Of a stretch of 64,000 bases of DNA, positions 63,397 through 64,000 are shown piece after piece. Position 1 is the first letter of the stretch; the number at the start of each line of letters is the position of its first letter. The notes below the pieces were generated by a model. That model was not told where the DNA came from. It searched no databases and worked only from the letters and a program-made list of their open reading frames with translations. The translations under genes were made by a program, and so were the position numbers. Where the stretch lies: IMG/VR virus record IMGVR_UViG_3300035181_000471, positions 1-64,000 of that record; one strand, given 5' to 3'.

Positions 63397-63525
63397 ATTC
63401 TATACTAGATACTGAAAGTTTTTCAATATCGTTTGGTGGTAATTTTAGAATTATTTTTTGTAAACAACTCAGACCTTTGCTCTTATTATCGGGCGGTCCG
63501 GCGAGAACCAATCTTCGTCTTTATG

Positions 63526-63603
63526 TGGCGAGGCATAGGGGATTCGAACCCCTGATCTCTTCGTAGACAGCGAAGCGGGAACTCCGGACTTCCCCAATAC
63601 CCC
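63526..63603 (-). tRNA. tRNA-Asp(GTC), second copy
   Basis: Loop CT GTC TA, G73. Confidence 0.87.
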
Positions 63604-63611
63604 ATGATAAT

Positions 63612-63686
63612 TGGTGCCAACAAAGGGATTCGAACCCTTGACAAGAAGCTTATGAGACTTCCCCCTCACCTTTCGGGCTTGCTGGC
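63612..63686 (-). tRNA. tRNA(CAT), elongator Met or Ile2
   Basis: Loop CT CAT AA. Confidence 0.82.
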
Positions 63687-63745
63687 AAAGTGAGAGTTTT
63701 TAACTACCCAGTGGCTCTCACACTGGTCCTGGCCGTCCAAGTCAT

Positions 63746-63832
63746 TGGTACTCCTGACAGGATTCGAACCTGCGTTGGGCTTTCGCCGCACGGTTTCGTA
63801 GACCGTTACTAATCCATCTCAGTTACAGGAGC
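63746..63832 (-). tRNA. atypical tRNA-Arg(ACG) with long variable arm
   Basis: Loop CT ACG AA; V arm GGC-GAAA-GCC. Confidence 0.85.
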
Positions 63833-63840
63833 ATAGAATC

Positions 63841-63898
63841 AAGACTCGTCTTTTAGTTTCATCTTAAGTGAAAGGTTTTTAGTTGCTGTGAGAGTCTT
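63841..63898 (-). ncRNA. ACAGCAAC hairpin element, copy C
   Basis: AAGACTC/GAGTCTT stem, CACAGCAAC, inner TTTCA-CTTAAGA-TGAAA. Confidence 0.6.
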
Positions 63899-63992
63899 TG
63901 GTGACGCATGTAGGAATCGAACCTACTCAGGGCTTACTTGTGTGCCAACGGTTTTACAGACCGCCTCCGCTCTCCTACTCGGACGATGCGCC
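63899..63992 (-). tRNA. tRNA-Tyr(GTA)
   Basis: Loop CT GTA AA, long V arm, A73. Confidence 0.9.
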
Positions 63993-64000
63993 ATAGACGA

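Noticed and set aside
55638-63669. Many 60-120-aa ORFs across the tRNA array
   Set aside because: They overlap tRNA cloverleaves and translate T-arm sequence (GSNP, VRLP, GFEP); only RBS-supported ORFs in spacers were kept.
53655-63992. CRISPR-like periodic repeats (TTCGAACC...)
   Set aside because: The recurrence is due to tRNA T arms; there is no identical repeat with uniform spacers and no cas gene.
1-64000. Genome-wide TAG reassignment suggested by the CUA tRNA
   Set aside because: Conserved genes are uninterrupted under code 11, several end at TAG at expected lengths, and the TAG-ended genes I checked are not in frame with the next gene.

Overview
Segment of a large (jumbo-type) tailed dsDNA phage genome in the standard genetic code. 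It is densely coding and almost entirely on the minus strand; only a papain-like C1 protease is on +. 1-21 kb: nucleotide metabolism and recombination (nucleotidyltransferase, ThyX, NUDIX, deoxyribosyltransferase-like, Mre11/SbcD, N-half of Rad50/SbcC, RecA, RuvC-like, SSB, SNF2 helicase) and two hemerythrins. 21-53 kb: a 1562-aa triple-repeat protein, actin-like ATPase, NusG-like factor, clamp loader, RdgC-like protein, split primase, C-half of Rad50, Ig/FN3 virion protein, portal, family A DNA polymerase, sigma-like factor, large terminase, two muralytic enzymes, Dps, GT2, GuaC and a HAD nucleotidase. 53.6-64 kb: an array of about 43 hand-folded tRNA genes plus tRNA-like and other structured RNAs, interleaved with translation-related genes (Pth2-like, RelE-like/2H-phosphoesterase fusion, GNAT, HNH). 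The most unusual signals are in this array: an amber-suppressor tRNA followed by an amber-stopped uORF and a hairpin that hides the RBS of the Pth gene; tRNAs with swapped variable-arm class; a 62-nt mini-tRNA with Ala identity; tRNA mimics with rebuilt anticodon arms; and a three-copy ACAGCAAC hairpin RNA. All calls come from manual motif reading and folding, with no database search. Some CDS starts were trimmed to RBS-supported ATGs.
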